Made by a program: the position numbers and the translations under genes. The notes below the pieces were generated by a model, which had not been told where the DNA came from, ran no database searches, and saw only the letters and a list, made by a program, of their open reading frames with translations. From an uncultured Candidatus Saccharibacteria bacterium (GTDB lineage Bacteria; Patescibacteriota; Minisyncoccia; UBA6257; 1-14-0-10-44-23), in NCBI GenBank assembly GCA_964641225.1, contig CAZXKC010000003.1, positions 1,177-65,176 of the forward strand: DNA of 64,000 nucleotides. Reading direction: 5' to 3'. Positions 45,027-55,973 of this stretch are shown here, one piece after another (position 1 is the first letter of the stretch; each line of letters opens with the position of its first letter).

Positions 45027-46001
45027 CTACCAGGTCCTCACCTCAAAGTGCGTGTGCGGACCGGTTGAAATACCAGTTGAACCCATAAGCCCAATAACCT
45101 CACCTTGTTTCACCTTCTGACCAGGCACCACCAAAATATCGGAAAGGTGACCGTAGAGCGTCTCAACTGCAAAACCGCTGGGCATAACCAGACTTGGGTG
45201 CTCAATAAGAACATAATTTCCATATCCGCCACCCCATCCATACGGCGCGCGGAGCACAACACCGTCACCCGAGGCAACAACAGGAGTACCAACTTTATTA
45301 GGAATATCGCGCGCGCTATACCGATCATGAGCAGGCCCGATTGGTCCTTTCGCTGGCCAGATAAAGCCCTTTGGTAAATAGCCGTTAAATTGAACGGTAG
45401 TAATGGCCTTCGGTGCATCAATGACTACAGGCAAGACGAGCTGATCGCCGACAATAAGCGGACCATCAGTTGTTAAGCGATTCAGACGAATCAATTCCTT
45501 TTCATCAACATGACGAGCCTGAGCAATCGTAAATGCGGTATCGCCCGGACCAACTCTATACAGCTCACCTGAAGCCTTAGGAGAGGAAGCGCTAAACAAT
45601 ACCGCCTCTTCAGCGGAAGCGGCGCCGTGCGGATTCACAGATACTGGTGACCCAACTACTGCTCCAGCATCAAGGCCCTCATCGAAAATACCGGTATGAG
45701 CATATGCGACTCCTTCAGTAAAAATATCAACATCGTGCTCGCTATGAGACTCAGGACCTCCATAAATAACCTCAGTAGAGGCCTTGGGGGAAACAGAGAA
45801 GGCTATCTCAGCAAAAAAAGCTACAGCGACAAGTAAGGCGACAACGCCAACTGTCCTCGGCAGAGTCGAGGTGATCTGTTTACTTGTGCGTAAACAGGCA
45901 AGAAACATAGATTTTATGCGGGGAAATAACTGCTCAAACCACTGGAAACTCCCCAAACGTGTATTCATAATCATGTTCCAATTGCACAATCTTTTGCTCA
46001 C
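45027..46001 (-). CDS. LysM-domain M23-family peptidase
   Basis: LysM (GPGDTAFTIAQARHVDEKELIRLN) and M23 (GHLSDILV...GSTGISTGPHTHFEVR) motifs. Confidence 0.75.
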   Translation of the reverse strand: MSKRLCNWNMIMNTRLGSFQWFEQLFPRIKSMFLACLRTSKQITSTLPRTVGVVALLVAVAFFAEIAFSVSPKASTEVIYGGPESHSEHDVDIFTEGVAYAHTGIFDEGLDAGAVVGSPVSVNPHGAASAEEAVLFSASSPKASGELYRVGPGDTAFTIAQARHVDEKELIRLNRLTTDGPLIVGDQLVLPVVIDAPKAITTVQFNGYLPKGFIWPAKGPIGPAHDRYSARDIPNKVGTPVVASGDGVVLRAPYGWGGGYGNYVLIEHPSLVMPSGFAVETLYGHLSDILVVPGQKVKQGEVIGLMGSTGISTGPHTHFEVRTW

Positions 46002-46173
46002 GGACGCAATAGGAACAGGTATTCATAGTATCAGAAAAACCAGACTCTGTAAACCGGGCAGTAGAAATGCGAGAAGGACGAGCCAAATATGCATTTGTCT
46101 TAAAACTAGCCTTTTTTACAATGGAAATTGAATATTTTTAAGAATTTCGCTAGTGCAAGCGAGCACTCGCATT

Positions 46174-46193
46174 TTCACTGCCCGGTAAATCCG
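46174..46193. repeat. exact copy (reverse orientation) of the 20-mer found at 1501-1520, overlapping the -35 region of pcrA
   Basis: ctcgcattttcactgcccgg equals the RC of ccgggcagtgaaaatgcgag; followed by a TATACT -10 similar to that of rpmE. Confidence 0.55.
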
Positions 46194-46208
46194 CTATACT
46201 ACTGGTCT

Positions 46209-48023
46209 ATGAATCTTAACCCCGACCAAGACCGCGCAGTTAACCACCCCGGCGGACCACTTTTAATGGCTGCGGGAGCAGGATCCGGTAAAACAAAGGC
46301 CTTAACCAGCAGAGTAAAGGCGTTAATTGCCAAAGGAGTCCCGCCGCATGAGATCGTCGCGATAACATTTACAAACAAGGCGGCAAAAGAGATGCGCGAA
46401 CGCATTTTTGGCAAAGACCGCGCCGAGATGAAATGGTCGCCGCACTTTCCTATATATGGAGAACCGTTTATCGGCACATTTCACTCGTTTGGTGCAAAAT
46501 TACTAAAAAATGAAGGCGCGATCATCGGACGCACGCCGACTTTTTCAATTTATGATGACGATGACTCCGGCGGGCTGATCAAACAGATTCTGAAGGAGAT
46601 GGATTTGAGCAAAGATTTATTTAAGCCAAAAGTGTTGGCCGGGCGTATCAGCTCAATCAAAAGTGAACTCAAAAGCACCGCTAGTCTTTTCGAATCGCCG
46701 GATCGGCGCGATCAGATCTTTGCTGAAATTTTTAACCGCTACGAACGCGCGCTTAAGGCAAATAATGCCTTTGATTTTGACGATCTTATCGAAAAACCGG
46801 TACGCATCTTTGAAGAGCACCCTGAAATTTTGGCAAAATACCAGAAATTATTTAGCCAGATCTTAGTTGACGAGTATCAGGACATCAATACGGCACAGTA
46901 TCAGCTGGTTAAAAAACTGGCACAGCAACACAGAAATATCAGTGTCGTAGGGGACGACTTTCAATCAATCTATGCATTTCGCGGCGCAGACTTTCGTAAC
47001 TTTTTAAATTTCACGAAAGACTGGAAGGACGCAACACTGATTAAACTTGAGCAAAATTATCGCTCAACAGCCAATATTATTAATGCCGCGAATGCCGTCA
47101 TTAAAAATAATACTGTTCAAACTGCAAAAAATTTGTGGACAGAAAATCCAGCCGGGGATCGTATAAAAATTATCGCCGCGAATGATGCTGATACTGAGGC
47201 GACCTGGATTGCCAGCGAAATTTGGAATCTGCGCCGTGCAAATCCGCAGATCGAGACGGCAATTTTGTATCGTACAAATGCTCAGTCGCGCGCTATTGAA
47301 CAAGCGCTACTCTCATCAAACATACCGTACAAAATTTTTGGCGGGTTAAAATTTTACGATCGCAAAGAAATTAAAGATATTCTTGCCGGACTGCGCCTCG
47401 CGAACAATCCGCTCGACACCATAAGCATTGAGCGACTGCAGGCCTCGCTTGGCAAACGCGCCAGCGCGCCGGTCATTGGTGCCATGAACTCTGACTGGGC
47501 AGGCAAGGGGATCGCGGAAATCATTGATGCGTTTATGCGATCAGCGAACTACACGGCGTTTCTGGAGGAGAAATTTACGAACGGGCAGGAGCGCATGGAA
47601 AACATCATGGAGCTTATTAAATTCGCCGGGGAATTTCCAAGCCTGCCGGAATTTTTAGAGCGAGCCTCGCTACTGCAATCCGCCGACCAACCCAGCGGGG
47701 AAGAAGGGCGCGCAGAGAATCCGGTTAACTTAATGACTATTCATATCGCCAAAGGTCTTGAATTTGATTATGTATTTGTAATCGGCGTGAATGAAGGAAC
47801 GCTGCCGCATGAACGATCGCTTGATCGTCTTGAACAGGTTGAAGAGGAGCGACGTCTGATGTATGTTGCTATGACGCGCGCGCGCAAAGGCTTATATGCG
47901 TTATTTCACGCATTCCCGAGCAGATTTATTTACGAGATCCCGCGCGATATCTGCGAATTTATCAGCTGTGACGGTATGCGCAATGCACTGCCAGATGAAG
48001 ACGAAATGTGGATTGAAAATTAG
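46209..48023 (+). CDS. pcrA: ATP-dependent DNA helicase, UvrD/PcrA family
   Basis: AGAGSGKT Walker A, DEYQD motif II, canonical UvrD motifs; 604 aa (short C-terminus). Confidence 0.8.
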   Translation: MNLNPDQDRAVNHPGGPLLMAAGAGSGKTKALTSRVKALIAKGVPPHEIVAITFTNKAAKEMRERIFGKDRAEMKWSPHFPIYGEPFIGTFHSFGAKLLKNEGAIIGRTPTFSIYDDDDSGGLIKQILKEMDLSKDLFKPKVLAGRISSIKSELKSTASLFESPDRRDQIFAEIFNRYERALKANNAFDFDDLIEKPVRIFEEHPEILAKYQKLFSQILVDEYQDINTAQYQLVKKLAQQHRNISVVGDDFQSIYAFRGADFRNFLNFTKDWKDATLIKLEQNYRSTANIINAANAVIKNNTVQTAKNLWTENPAGDRIKIIAANDADTEATWIASEIWNLRRANPQIETAILYRTNAQSRAIEQALLSSNIPYKIFGGLKFYDRKEIKDILAGLRLANNPLDTISIERLQASLGKRASAPVIGAMNSDWAGKGIAEIIDAFMRSANYTAFLEEKFTNGQERMENIMELIKFAGEFPSLPEFLERASLLQSADQPSGEEGRAENPVNLMTIHIAKGLEFDYVFVIGVNEGTLPHERSLDRLEQVEEERRLMYVAMTRARKGLYALFHAFPSRFIYEIPRDICEFISCDGMRNALPDEDEMWIEN

Positions 48024-48063
48024 ATGAATACTCCGCTTAGTACACTATTCTAGCCTAAAGAAT

Positions 48064-48843
48064 ATGGGAGAAAAACTTGGTCAACATTTTTTAATCAATA
48101 CTGATGCGATTCAACGTATCAGCGAGGGGGTTGATATTAAAAAAGGGGAAACGATCATTGAAATTGGCCCGGGCGCAGGCGCATTAACTAAACCGCTTGC
48201 GCAGATCTGCAAAAAAGTCGGCGCCAAATTAATTTGTATTGAGAAAGACCCTGAACTTGCGCATGCTCTCACGCTACATGTCCAGAGCGGGGAATTAGAG
48301 CGGGCTGAAATCATTACGGGCGATGCGCTGCATGAACTTCCTAGACTAGCTCAGCAGCAGGCTGCTTATAAACTCGTCGGCAACATTCCGTATTACATCA
48401 CCGGGCATTTATTACGAATTATCGGAGAACTAAAACACAAACCCGTGCGCATTGTGCTGATGATTCAAAAAGAGGTCGCAGAGCGTGTTTCAGCAAAGCC
48501 GGGCGAGATGAATTTGCTAGCAGCGGCAACTCAGATCTGGGCCACTGTGCAATTACTTTTTACGCTTCCACCGAGCGATTTTGACCCGCCGCCACAAGTT
48601 CACTCCGCGGTCGTAACCTTAACCCCAAAAGATACCCCGGTATCACCGGAGGAGGCGACTCATTATTACGAATCGCTGCACGTTATGTTTAAACAGCCCC
48701 GTAAAATGCTCATTAATAATCTGAGCGAAAAAATCAGTCGTGAAGAGGCAACTGCACTCATAAAAGAGCTCAATCTTTCTGAGAAATCCCGTCCGCAAGA
48801 CCTCACTGTTCAGCAAATAGTTACCCTGAGCTCTCTTCTTTAG
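48064..48843 (+). CDS. rsmA: 16S rRNA (adenine1518/1519-N6)-dimethyltransferase
   Basis: LGQHFL...EIGPGAGALT SAM-binding motif; 259 aa. Confidence 0.85.
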   Translation: MGEKLGQHFLINTDAIQRISEGVDIKKGETIIEIGPGAGALTKPLAQICKKVGAKLICIEKDPELAHALTLHVQSGELERAEIITGDALHELPRLAQQQAAYKLVGNIPYYITGHLLRIIGELKHKPVRIVLMIQKEVAERVSAKPGEMNLLAAATQIWATVQLLFTLPPSDFDPPPQVHSAVVTLTPKDTPVSPEEATHYYESLHVMFKQPRKMLINNLSEKISREEATALIKELNLSEKSRPQDLTVQQIVTLSSLL

Positions 48844-48912
48844 TATTTAGGGCTTTTACACAGGTTATTCCCATGTTTTCCCGTGTTACACTAAATGTGT
48901 ATCACACTACAC

Positions 48913-49635
48913 ATGAAACGCCTTGCGCTCATCATATCTATTTGTGTTGGTCTTAGCGTAATCAGTCTCTTAATTGTTGTCGGCGCATTTGGCGGAGGTC
49001 ATACAGTTACGGCAACAGCACCTGTGCTGCAAAGCCCGCTTTCAACGCGCACAACGCCAAACTTAACTGAAGCAGCTGCAACAACAATCGCTCAGGCTCT
49101 AATCGATAAAAACCCGACCGGCCCCGCAATGAATGGTACAGCTCCACAGGCAACTCTTAATTCTGCGAGTATTGTTACTCAGGTTGTAGAAGAGACAGCG
49201 CAGCAGGCTCAAGAAATATCTCTTGTACCAACAATTACAGGCGATATGTTGCAGGTGATTAACGCAACTGACGCTCGTTCAATCCAAGCATATCTACAAA
49301 GCGTGCTTAGCATCTATGCCAAGCATCTTCTAGGAAGCAGTATTAATCAAGCTAATCCAGCATCCAGCGATTTCACGATCTTATCGCAGACCCGTATCGA
49401 TGCCTTCAAAGAGATACTCGCGCTTGCAGTGCCTCTTCCGATGCGTGACATTCAAACGCGACTACTAACCATCCTTGGCACACAAAGCAACATTTTTGCT
49501 GCTCTGGCGCAGCGCGCCGGTGATCCACTGCGCGCACTTATCGCGGCAAAAGCAGCCCCTGAGGTCGCCACAGATGCACTCGCACTCCAACAAGATATTA
49601 ATGCCTATATCGCCGCACATCACATCACGCTCTAA
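48913..49635 (+). CDS. membrane-anchored hypothetical protein (T4SS-cluster associated)
   Basis: ORF track; N-terminal TM. Confidence 0.4.
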   Translation: MKRLALIISICVGLSVISLLIVVGAFGGGHTVTATAPVLQSPLSTRTTPNLTEAAATTIAQALIDKNPTGPAMNGTAPQATLNSASIVTQVVEETAQQAQEISLVPTITGDMLQVINATDARSIQAYLQSVLSIYAKHLLGSSINQANPASSDFTILSQTRIDAFKEILALAVPLPMRDIQTRLLTILGTQSNIFAALAQRAGDPLRALIAAKAAPEVATDALALQQDINAYIAAHHITL

Positions 49636-49636
49636 C

Positions 49637-51595
49637 ATGCTAACCGCATATCTCAACAAGTTAATACGCGGCGGTATAGCGATAGTCCTAGTACTAGGAT
49701 GCTTTGCGGCAGGCACCGCGCAGGCACAAATTCCGGTAACCGACGTTGCGCACTTATTTGAAACTACGCTGGGCGTTGGTCAGAATACGATCACGGCGGC
49801 TCAAACTACGATTGGCACGGTCCAGCAGTTATATGAATGGACGCAGACATTTGTGCTCGCTGATCTTAAAAAACAACTACTTGATTCAATCAGCAAAAAA
49901 ACGCTGAGCTTTATCCAGGGAGGAGGACAGCCAAAATTTGTTACAAACTGGAGCACCTATTTTAATCAGGCAAGCTTGTCAGGTGCAGCCTCAGTCGCAG
50001 CCGGCGTACAAAATGCGCAGCTCTGCGATACATTTTCTCAAAAATTAAAAAGTGATATTGGCAACCCGGGACCCAATACAACCGACGTTGCCAACATGAG
50101 TAGTCTCAACTGCGATTTTAAGCCAGGAGAATTAAACGCGTTTAATAATGATTTTCGTAATGGAGGATGGGACGCATATCTAAAAACCCTTGAGCCCAAT
50201 AACAACTATACCGGTGCATATCTGGCAACAAAAAATGCTCAAGCACAGTCTGCAGCACAGGCGCAAGAGGCGGCAAAGAGCGAGGCGATCGCAGGTGGTG
50301 GATTTTTGTCGGCAAAAACTGTTGATAGCGCCGGCAACACAACTATTACAGCACCTGGCTCTGTCTTTGAGCATGAAATTGCCAACACGCTTAACGGTGA
50401 TCGTGAACTGATCGTGAATGCAACTCAGCTTTCAGACTTAATCGGTAGCATTGCAAACGGCGTCAGCTCCGAGGTACTTAAATCTAACGGCAGTGGAGAT
50501 ACTGGGCTGACTGGCATTAACCTTGCGGCACGACAACGAGCTAGTAATGCGCGGCGAAATCCTGACGGAACTATCAGATCGATTACTGCGGAAGACTGCG
50601 CCGAGGTACTTACGATAGTTGACGTTGATAATAATGGTGCAATTACTCAAATCGACATAGACGTAGCGATTGAAAATGCGCAAAACGATCCGACGAATAA
50701 CGACTATGCGCTTTATTCTGCCTGCTTAGGTAGCGTTAATGCAGAGGAGGGGGCGCAAAACAGAAAAGAGCGCCTTCTTTCTCAGCTTGATGACATTGCA
50801 AACACCTTACGCGCAGCGAAAAGTGCGATGTCGAATTTGTCTAACAAAATCAAAGCACTCGCAGCCTTTACTATCGCTACAGCAAGTGGACCTGGACTCA
50901 ACCCAGACCGAAGCTGCTTTAACCTCGCCGCTGATGGCATAAATGATGACGTAAACAATCCAAAGCAGGGAAGGAAACTGACTACGGCAGACAAAGCAGC
51001 CGGTCTTACCAAAGATACGGTTGAGCGATCAATTGAAACCGGCACTGCATATAGCTCGAGCAAGAAAAAATGGTTGTCCTGCCTTGTACAAGGGGAGAGT
51101 CGCACGATCACATACAATGGTGCTTCATACGATGTTGATGGCTATGATACCTACGCCCGCAACGTAAACACCTTGCTCGTACTTCGCAAAGAACTTAACA
51201 AATCTATTAGTGATCTAGCTGATTTCCGCGCAAAGGTTCGAACCACTCCTAAAAATGCAAAAGATTTTACAGTAACTCCGGCGGCACTCGTACTTGCGCA
51301 ACTCGAAAATTTCTTCCAGTCGGCGAGCGACTCATCCAGCCCGAATTTCCTAACCAACAATTCCGATGCAATCGTCGCCGCTGTGCCGACCTATGACCCA
51401 AGTCGACCACTTACCGCGGTCCAAAGCATCGTACCTGTTTCAGCCGGCTTAGCACAAACAAGCATACTGGCGCACCCTGAATTTAATGCTGATCGCGCAG
51501 CATATATTTTGGCGCTTGCCCGCAACGAAGTAAACACGCCGAGCCTCGCCGACCAGGATGCAAGCCAGGCTCCGACAGACACACAAGAGGAATAA
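49637..51595 (+). CDS. large secreted hypothetical protein (652 aa), T4SS-cluster associated
   Basis: signal peptide MLTAYLNKLIRGGIAIVLVLGCFAAGTAQA; ATG one base after the upstream stop. Confidence 0.45.
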   Translation: MLTAYLNKLIRGGIAIVLVLGCFAAGTAQAQIPVTDVAHLFETTLGVGQNTITAAQTTIGTVQQLYEWTQTFVLADLKKQLLDSISKKTLSFIQGGGQPKFVTNWSTYFNQASLSGAASVAAGVQNAQLCDTFSQKLKSDIGNPGPNTTDVANMSSLNCDFKPGELNAFNNDFRNGGWDAYLKTLEPNNNYTGAYLATKNAQAQSAAQAQEAAKSEAIAGGGFLSAKTVDSAGNTTITAPGSVFEHEIANTLNGDRELIVNATQLSDLIGSIANGVSSEVLKSNGSGDTGLTGINLAARQRASNARRNPDGTIRSITAEDCAEVLTIVDVDNNGAITQIDIDVAIENAQNDPTNNDYALYSACLGSVNAEEGAQNRKERLLSQLDDIANTLRAAKSAMSNLSNKIKALAAFTIATASGPGLNPDRSCFNLAADGINDDVNNPKQGRKLTTADKAAGLTKDTVERSIETGTAYSSSKKKWLSCLVQGESRTITYNGASYDVDGYDTYARNVNTLLVLRKELNKSISDLADFRAKVRTTPKNAKDFTVTPAALVLAQLENFFQSASDSSSPNFLTNNSDAIVAAVPTYDPSRPLTAVQSIVPVSAGLAQTSILAHPEFNADRAAYILALARNEVNTPSLADQDASQAPTDTQEE

Positions 51596-51598
51596 TCC

Positions 51599-53623
51599 AT
51601 GAAATCTACATTACTAAAAAAACTACTGATCGGCCTGTGCGTGTGTGCGCTTATTGCTCTGCCTATTATTGCGCTACCTCAAAATGCGCAAGCAGCCACA
51701 ACCGCCGAAGCGCCTCTCTTTTTTGGGTGCAGTCTTGGTTTTTCAGATATCTTCCAATGTACAGTGGGCAACTTATTGCTTCTAGTGAAATACTTTTTGG
51801 GAATGGTTCTGACGCTCGTCTCACAACTTATTGGCTGGTTCATTCATTACAGTACGACAATCATGAGTCTACCGGCTGTTACTGCCGGATTTAAGGTAGC
51901 GCTTGGGGCGGTCAATGTGCTATTTGTAATGGCGCTCATCGTAATGGCCTTCCAAATTATCTTGGGCCTCGGCGGACACGAAACCAAAAGTAAGCTTGCC
52001 AAAGTCATCGTCTCAGCCGTCTTAGTCAATTTCAGCTTACTCATTGCTGGTTTTATTCTTGATGTTTCTAACGTCTTCACCAATTTCTTTATCTCTCCGG
52101 TAACCGGCGAAAATTTTGGTGCAGCATTTAATATTCAATTTATAAATAATCTCACGCAACACCTTGGATCTAACCCAAATATTTTTACCTTATTTGCCGT
52201 AGATTTATTTACCGTGCTTTTGACCGGCATCGCACTGATAATAATGATTGCTGTTTTGGGAACAGTTATAGTCCGCACAGTGTACGTAGCCGGCCTGCTT
52301 ATTTTCATGCCTATAATGTGGGGCTTCCGAGTGTTTCCAGGCCTGGAACGATACTCGAGTGAGTGGTGGGACGACTTCTTAAAATGGGGACTGAAGGTGT
52401 TGCCAGTTTTAACCTTCTTCTTATGGCTTGGACTCTCAACTGCTTCACAGCTTGCAAACTTCAAAGACATATCACCTCCGGTCTTGTCGGGAGAAGCAGG
52501 TGCGCTCGGGAAAACACTTACCGAGGCATTTAATGTGCTGCTTCAGCTGGCCATCGTCGGTGGACTGATGATTTACGGTCTCAAGAAGGCAGTAGGCGAG
52601 GGAGGTGCAATTAGTGCATCTGCGACCATTGGAGGAGCAAAAAAACTTCTTGGTCTTGGCGGGAAAATACCCGGCATGGGATTACTTAATAGAAATTTTG
52701 TTAAACCAGCGGCTGGTGGCGCTTCGACTCTATTAACTAAAGCAGGCAACTTGGCAGGCATTGGAGGAGCATTTCGCGGTATCGCTGCGAAAACGGCTGA
52801 ATACTCTCACAATGATCATGACATTGAAGACTTCCAAAAGGCAAACCTTAAGGGGCTTAGCAACGAATCGCTTTATACCTTCAAAGGCAGGAATGATATC
52901 GAAAAAGCTGCTCAACTTAAAGAACTGGCTAGTCGCAAAAAGGTTGGAAAGTTTCTTGCTGATACTACTGGTGGTGCGACCAGAGAACAACGCCTTGGGC
53001 AGATTGAGGATATGGCTCACTCAGTTGCAACACTGACCCATAAACATGACGCAGAGCTTAAGGACGTTGCGGAAATCAAAGAGGCCCTGGAGGCCTCGCC
53101 GTCGCTCGCCGTTAGATTGGGCATACGCAAAACTATTGCTGACCAATTCAAGAACATGCAACCATGGAAAATTGGCGAACTCGATGACTCTAACTTTGAG
53201 ATCAAAAATATTTCAAAGCCCACGGAAGACGAAGGAGCTCTTTCTCTTGCAGCAGTTGGCAACAACTCTGCAGCGGTCAAACAAATATTCTCTTATGGTA
53301 CGGCTGAACTGAAAAGAGTTGTAGAGAAAGGATATGCGGATTTGAATGCTCAATTAGATATAACGTATCCAGCAATGAAAAAAGCAAAACAAGATCTCCT
53401 TAATCAGGATATAAAAATTGCAGCAATGCGCGTTAGCGGTGCAAGCAAGGCAACACTAGCACCTGAACTTCGAAATCGTGCTACGGCCATTCAAAACATC
53501 GAAACAGAAATTAAAAAAATTACTGATGATACCGAAAGGGCACGTGTTACCGGAATTATTAATGGTGAGGCGGTACGTAGACAAACTATCTCGAGAGAGA
53601 GCGGCAATGTTATCAATCCTTAG
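51599..53623 (+). CDS. VirB6/TrbL-like polytopic membrane protein with hydrophilic C-terminal extension
   Basis: signal peptide plus about 6 TM helices followed by a ~300-aa soluble tail; position in T4SS-like cluster. Confidence 0.5.
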   Translation: MKSTLLKKLLIGLCVCALIALPIIALPQNAQAATTAEAPLFFGCSLGFSDIFQCTVGNLLLLVKYFLGMVLTLVSQLIGWFIHYSTTIMSLPAVTAGFKVALGAVNVLFVMALIVMAFQIILGLGGHETKSKLAKVIVSAVLVNFSLLIAGFILDVSNVFTNFFISPVTGENFGAAFNIQFINNLTQHLGSNPNIFTLFAVDLFTVLLTGIALIIMIAVLGTVIVRTVYVAGLLIFMPIMWGFRVFPGLERYSSEWWDDFLKWGLKVLPVLTFFLWLGLSTASQLANFKDISPPVLSGEAGALGKTLTEAFNVLLQLAIVGGLMIYGLKKAVGEGGAISASATIGGAKKLLGLGGKIPGMGLLNRNFVKPAAGGASTLLTKAGNLAGIGGAFRGIAAKTAEYSHNDHDIEDFQKANLKGLSNESLYTFKGRNDIEKAAQLKELASRKKVGKFLADTTGGATREQRLGQIEDMAHSVATLTHKHDAELKDVAEIKEALEASPSLAVRLGIRKTIADQFKNMQPWKIGELDDSNFEIKNISKPTEDEGALSLAAVGNNSAAVKQIFSYGTAELKRVVEKGYADLNAQLDITYPAMKKAKQDLLNQDIKIAAMRVSGASKATLAPELRNRATAIQNIETEIKKITDDTERARVTGIINGEAVRRQTISRESGNVINP

Positions 53624-53626
53624 TCT

Positions 53627-54373
53627 ATGCCAGCAAATTCTACTCAAAATAAATTTGATGAATTAGACTCAGCCACTAAAACATGGCTGCAGTCTGATAC
53701 CGTATTCAACGTCATCCTTGATCTTAACCAGAAGGCCGGTGCGTTTGGTGCAAGCCTTGAATCGCTTCCAAAAATTATTGTCAGCATTGCAACAGGTAGC
53801 TTAAAACCAGAAAATCTCGCCTGGGCACTTGATAGGGAATGGTTTTTTGCGGATGCGAAAATCATTGAGAAAACTGCGGAAACCATCAAGCAGCGTATTT
53901 TTAAGCCAATCGCACCAGCTCTTAAAAAACTCTACGGCATTGATGTCGAAAAATTAAGCACGGTGCCGCCACCTGAGGCTCCAGCAAAACCAGCAGTGCC
54001 TGCTCCGATAGTCGCCCAGGTCACACGATCAGACAGACCGATCATGGCAGATATTAAAAAACCTGCTCCGTCGCAACCGATGCAGACTGCTCCTGCGAGC
54101 GAGCCTACCCTCAAGGCACAGACAACGCGCCTAGATCGACCATTTACGGCGCCGCCCGCACCGCAAAGCGCTGCGCCAGCAGCGACTCCGACAAAAGAAA
54201 AATCAGCCAGTGGCGTTGACCTTAATAAAGTAGAAGTAACTAAACCGTTCGGATTTGTTGAGGTAGTACCAGCTGCGCCAGCGCCACAAGTTAAACAGGA
54301 GAGTGTTCCGAGCAAGACACCTACGCCACACAACATTGTTCCGTATCACGACGAGCACCCGATGATTGGCTAA
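53627..54373 (+). CDS. Pro-rich hypothetical protein
   Basis: ORF track. Confidence 0.4.
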   Translation: MPANSTQNKFDELDSATKTWLQSDTVFNVILDLNQKAGAFGASLESLPKIIVSIATGSLKPENLAWALDREWFFADAKIIEKTAETIKQRIFKPIAPALKKLYGIDVEKLSTVPPPEAPAKPAVPAPIVAQVTRSDRPIMADIKKPAPSQPMQTAPASEPTLKAQTTRLDRPFTAPPAPQSAAPAATPTKEKSASGVDLNKVEVTKPFGFVEVVPAAPAPQVKQESVPSKTPTPHNIVPYHDEHPMIG

Positions 54374-54385
54374 CAAACAACTAAG

Positions 54386-54820
54386 ATGCAGTATCAAGTC
54401 CCACAATTTATTGACGTTGAAGACCGCATCTTTGGCCCACTGACGTTGCGGCAATTTCTCTATCTTGCAGGCGCTGGAGCGGGCAGCTTTTTTCTCTTTT
54501 TTCTGATGACAACAAAAGTATGGATCGGTGTTACGGCGCTTTTCTTTGTTATCGCCGCCTCGCTTGCGTTTATTAAAATAAATGGCCGGACGCTGCCGGT
54601 GATGGCCGGATACGTATTTCGATATTTCTGGCTGCCGAAATTCTACGTCTGGAAATATACCGCACCAAATCAAGCGGGAGCAATGACGATTCGCGATTTA
54701 CCGCAGGAGGAACGCGCACATCGTAGCCCGCTGCAAAACTTGATGCTTAAATTTCACGGAGGAAGCGCACAGCCGACTCAACCACATTCGACTACTGCAA
54801 CAGGCCGCCAATCATCGTAA
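54386..54820 (+). CDS. PrgI-family / VirB3-like T4SS membrane protein
   Basis: N-terminus QVPQFIDVEDRIFGPLTLRQFLYLAGAGAGSFFLFF fits the PrgI-family pattern (short cytoplasmic segment, then two TM helices). Confidence 0.5.
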   Translation: MQYQVPQFIDVEDRIFGPLTLRQFLYLAGAGAGSFFLFFLMTTKVWIGVTALFFVIAASLAFIKINGRTLPVMAGYVFRYFWLPKFYVWKYTAPNQAGAMTIRDLPQEERAHRSPLQNLMLKFHGGSAQPTQPHSTTATGRQSS

Positions 54821-55226
54821 TAATGCCGTCGGTTGTCTTGCCGTCACAACTGCCGTGCGAGAGCGTGCCGCATTTACCGCCGCTCTTAGCCGAACCAAGC
54901 ACAAAGCCGCCGGACATAAAAATCTGGCCGACGCTTAAGTTTGGTCTATTTGTAAAACTGTAGAGATAGCTGCCGCCATACGGTCCGCCGATGGTTATTA
55001 ATATTCCCAAATCCTTACAGACGCATGAGGTGATATTCACTATTGGGCCGCCAAATCCGATACCTCCATCTGGCATCTTTGGCTTACTTTTTGTCGGCAG
55101 CGCATCGCCGAACTCACTAAATTTAAGTGCTGGCTTTGTAGCAGCCTGAGCTGATAGGGTAGCAGCAACTACAACAAGACAGAGTACTGCGGCGCATTGG
55201 TAGAGCAGCGAATGTTTACTGCGCAT
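54792..55226 (-). CDS. small secreted Gly/Cys-containing hypothetical protein
   Basis: ORF track; signal peptide. Confidence 0.35.
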   Translation of the reverse strand: MRSKHSLLYQCAAVLCLVVVAATLSAQAATKPALKFSEFGDALPTKSKPKMPDGGIGFGGPIVNITSCVCKDLGILITIGGPYGGSYLYSFTNRPNLSVGQIFMSGGFVLGSAKSGGKCGTLSHGSCDGKTTDGIITMIGGLLQ

Positions 55227-55227
55227 A

Positions 55228-55923
55228 TTAGAATGGTGAAAAGGTAAATTGTAATGCCTCGCTTTGTCCGTTTACGTTTGTCACATAGATGAAGAATGGG
55301 AGCGTAGCATCAACACCGCCAACTTGATCGCGTGTAAAATTAATGCCCGGTATCGAAGCGGGAATAGCAAATGTTAATGTCGTACCGTCAATAGATGCGA
55401 CATGTTTAAGCTCCGCATAGCTTGTAAAAATTGTGTTATCGTTTGTAAAACCTGATCCCTTCAGCGTCACAACCGTATTAAATGAGCCATATTGTGGCGA
55501 GATACTATTAAGATAGACAGCGCCTGCGACAGGTGTGGTATGTGCTGAGTTCTGTGAAATTCCCTGCATCTGCGCCCAGAGACGATTAAGTGTAAGGAGC
55601 GTTTGCAATCCAACCGTGCCTGTTCCATAACGCAGGCCAACAGGCGTTAAAATATCAGCTGCAAATTGCTCCTGAAGGCGTATAACGGCAACTCGCGTCT
55701 TACTACCGAAATAGACAGTCTCCTGGCCAGGCGAACCATCGCCGGTGGCTGCGATCGGCTTACTCAGAACGCGATTAAGCAACTGCTGCAACGCAAATAC
55801 ATCTGGACCACTGTCGCCGATGCGTAGTGGGCGCATAAAAATCTGCGTATCAGCCTGCGCACACCATGGAATAACGGCAAGCAGGGCAGTTGCTACAAAA
55901 AAAATTGCTTTTATTGACCTCAT
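55228..55923 (-). CDS. secreted protein with peptidoglycan-binding (PG_binding_1-like) domain
   Basis: signal peptide MRSIKAIFFVATALLAVIPWCAQA; GDSGPDVFALQQLLN...VYFGSKTRVAVIRLQ PG-binding motif. Confidence 0.5.
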   Translation of the reverse strand: MRSIKAIFFVATALLAVIPWCAQADTQIFMRPLRIGDSGPDVFALQQLLNRVLSKPIAATGDGSPGQETVYFGSKTRVAVIRLQEQFAADILTPVGLRYGTGTVGLQTLLTLNRLWAQMQGISQNSAHTTPVAGAVYLNSISPQYGSFNTVVTLKGSGFTNDNTIFTSYAELKHVASIDGTTLTFAIPASIPGINFTRDQVGGVDATLPFFIYVTNVNGQSEALQFTFSPF

Positions 55924-55973
55924 AACAAATTCATTGTACCACGAGCCATAGTTTCTCATGATATACTATCACT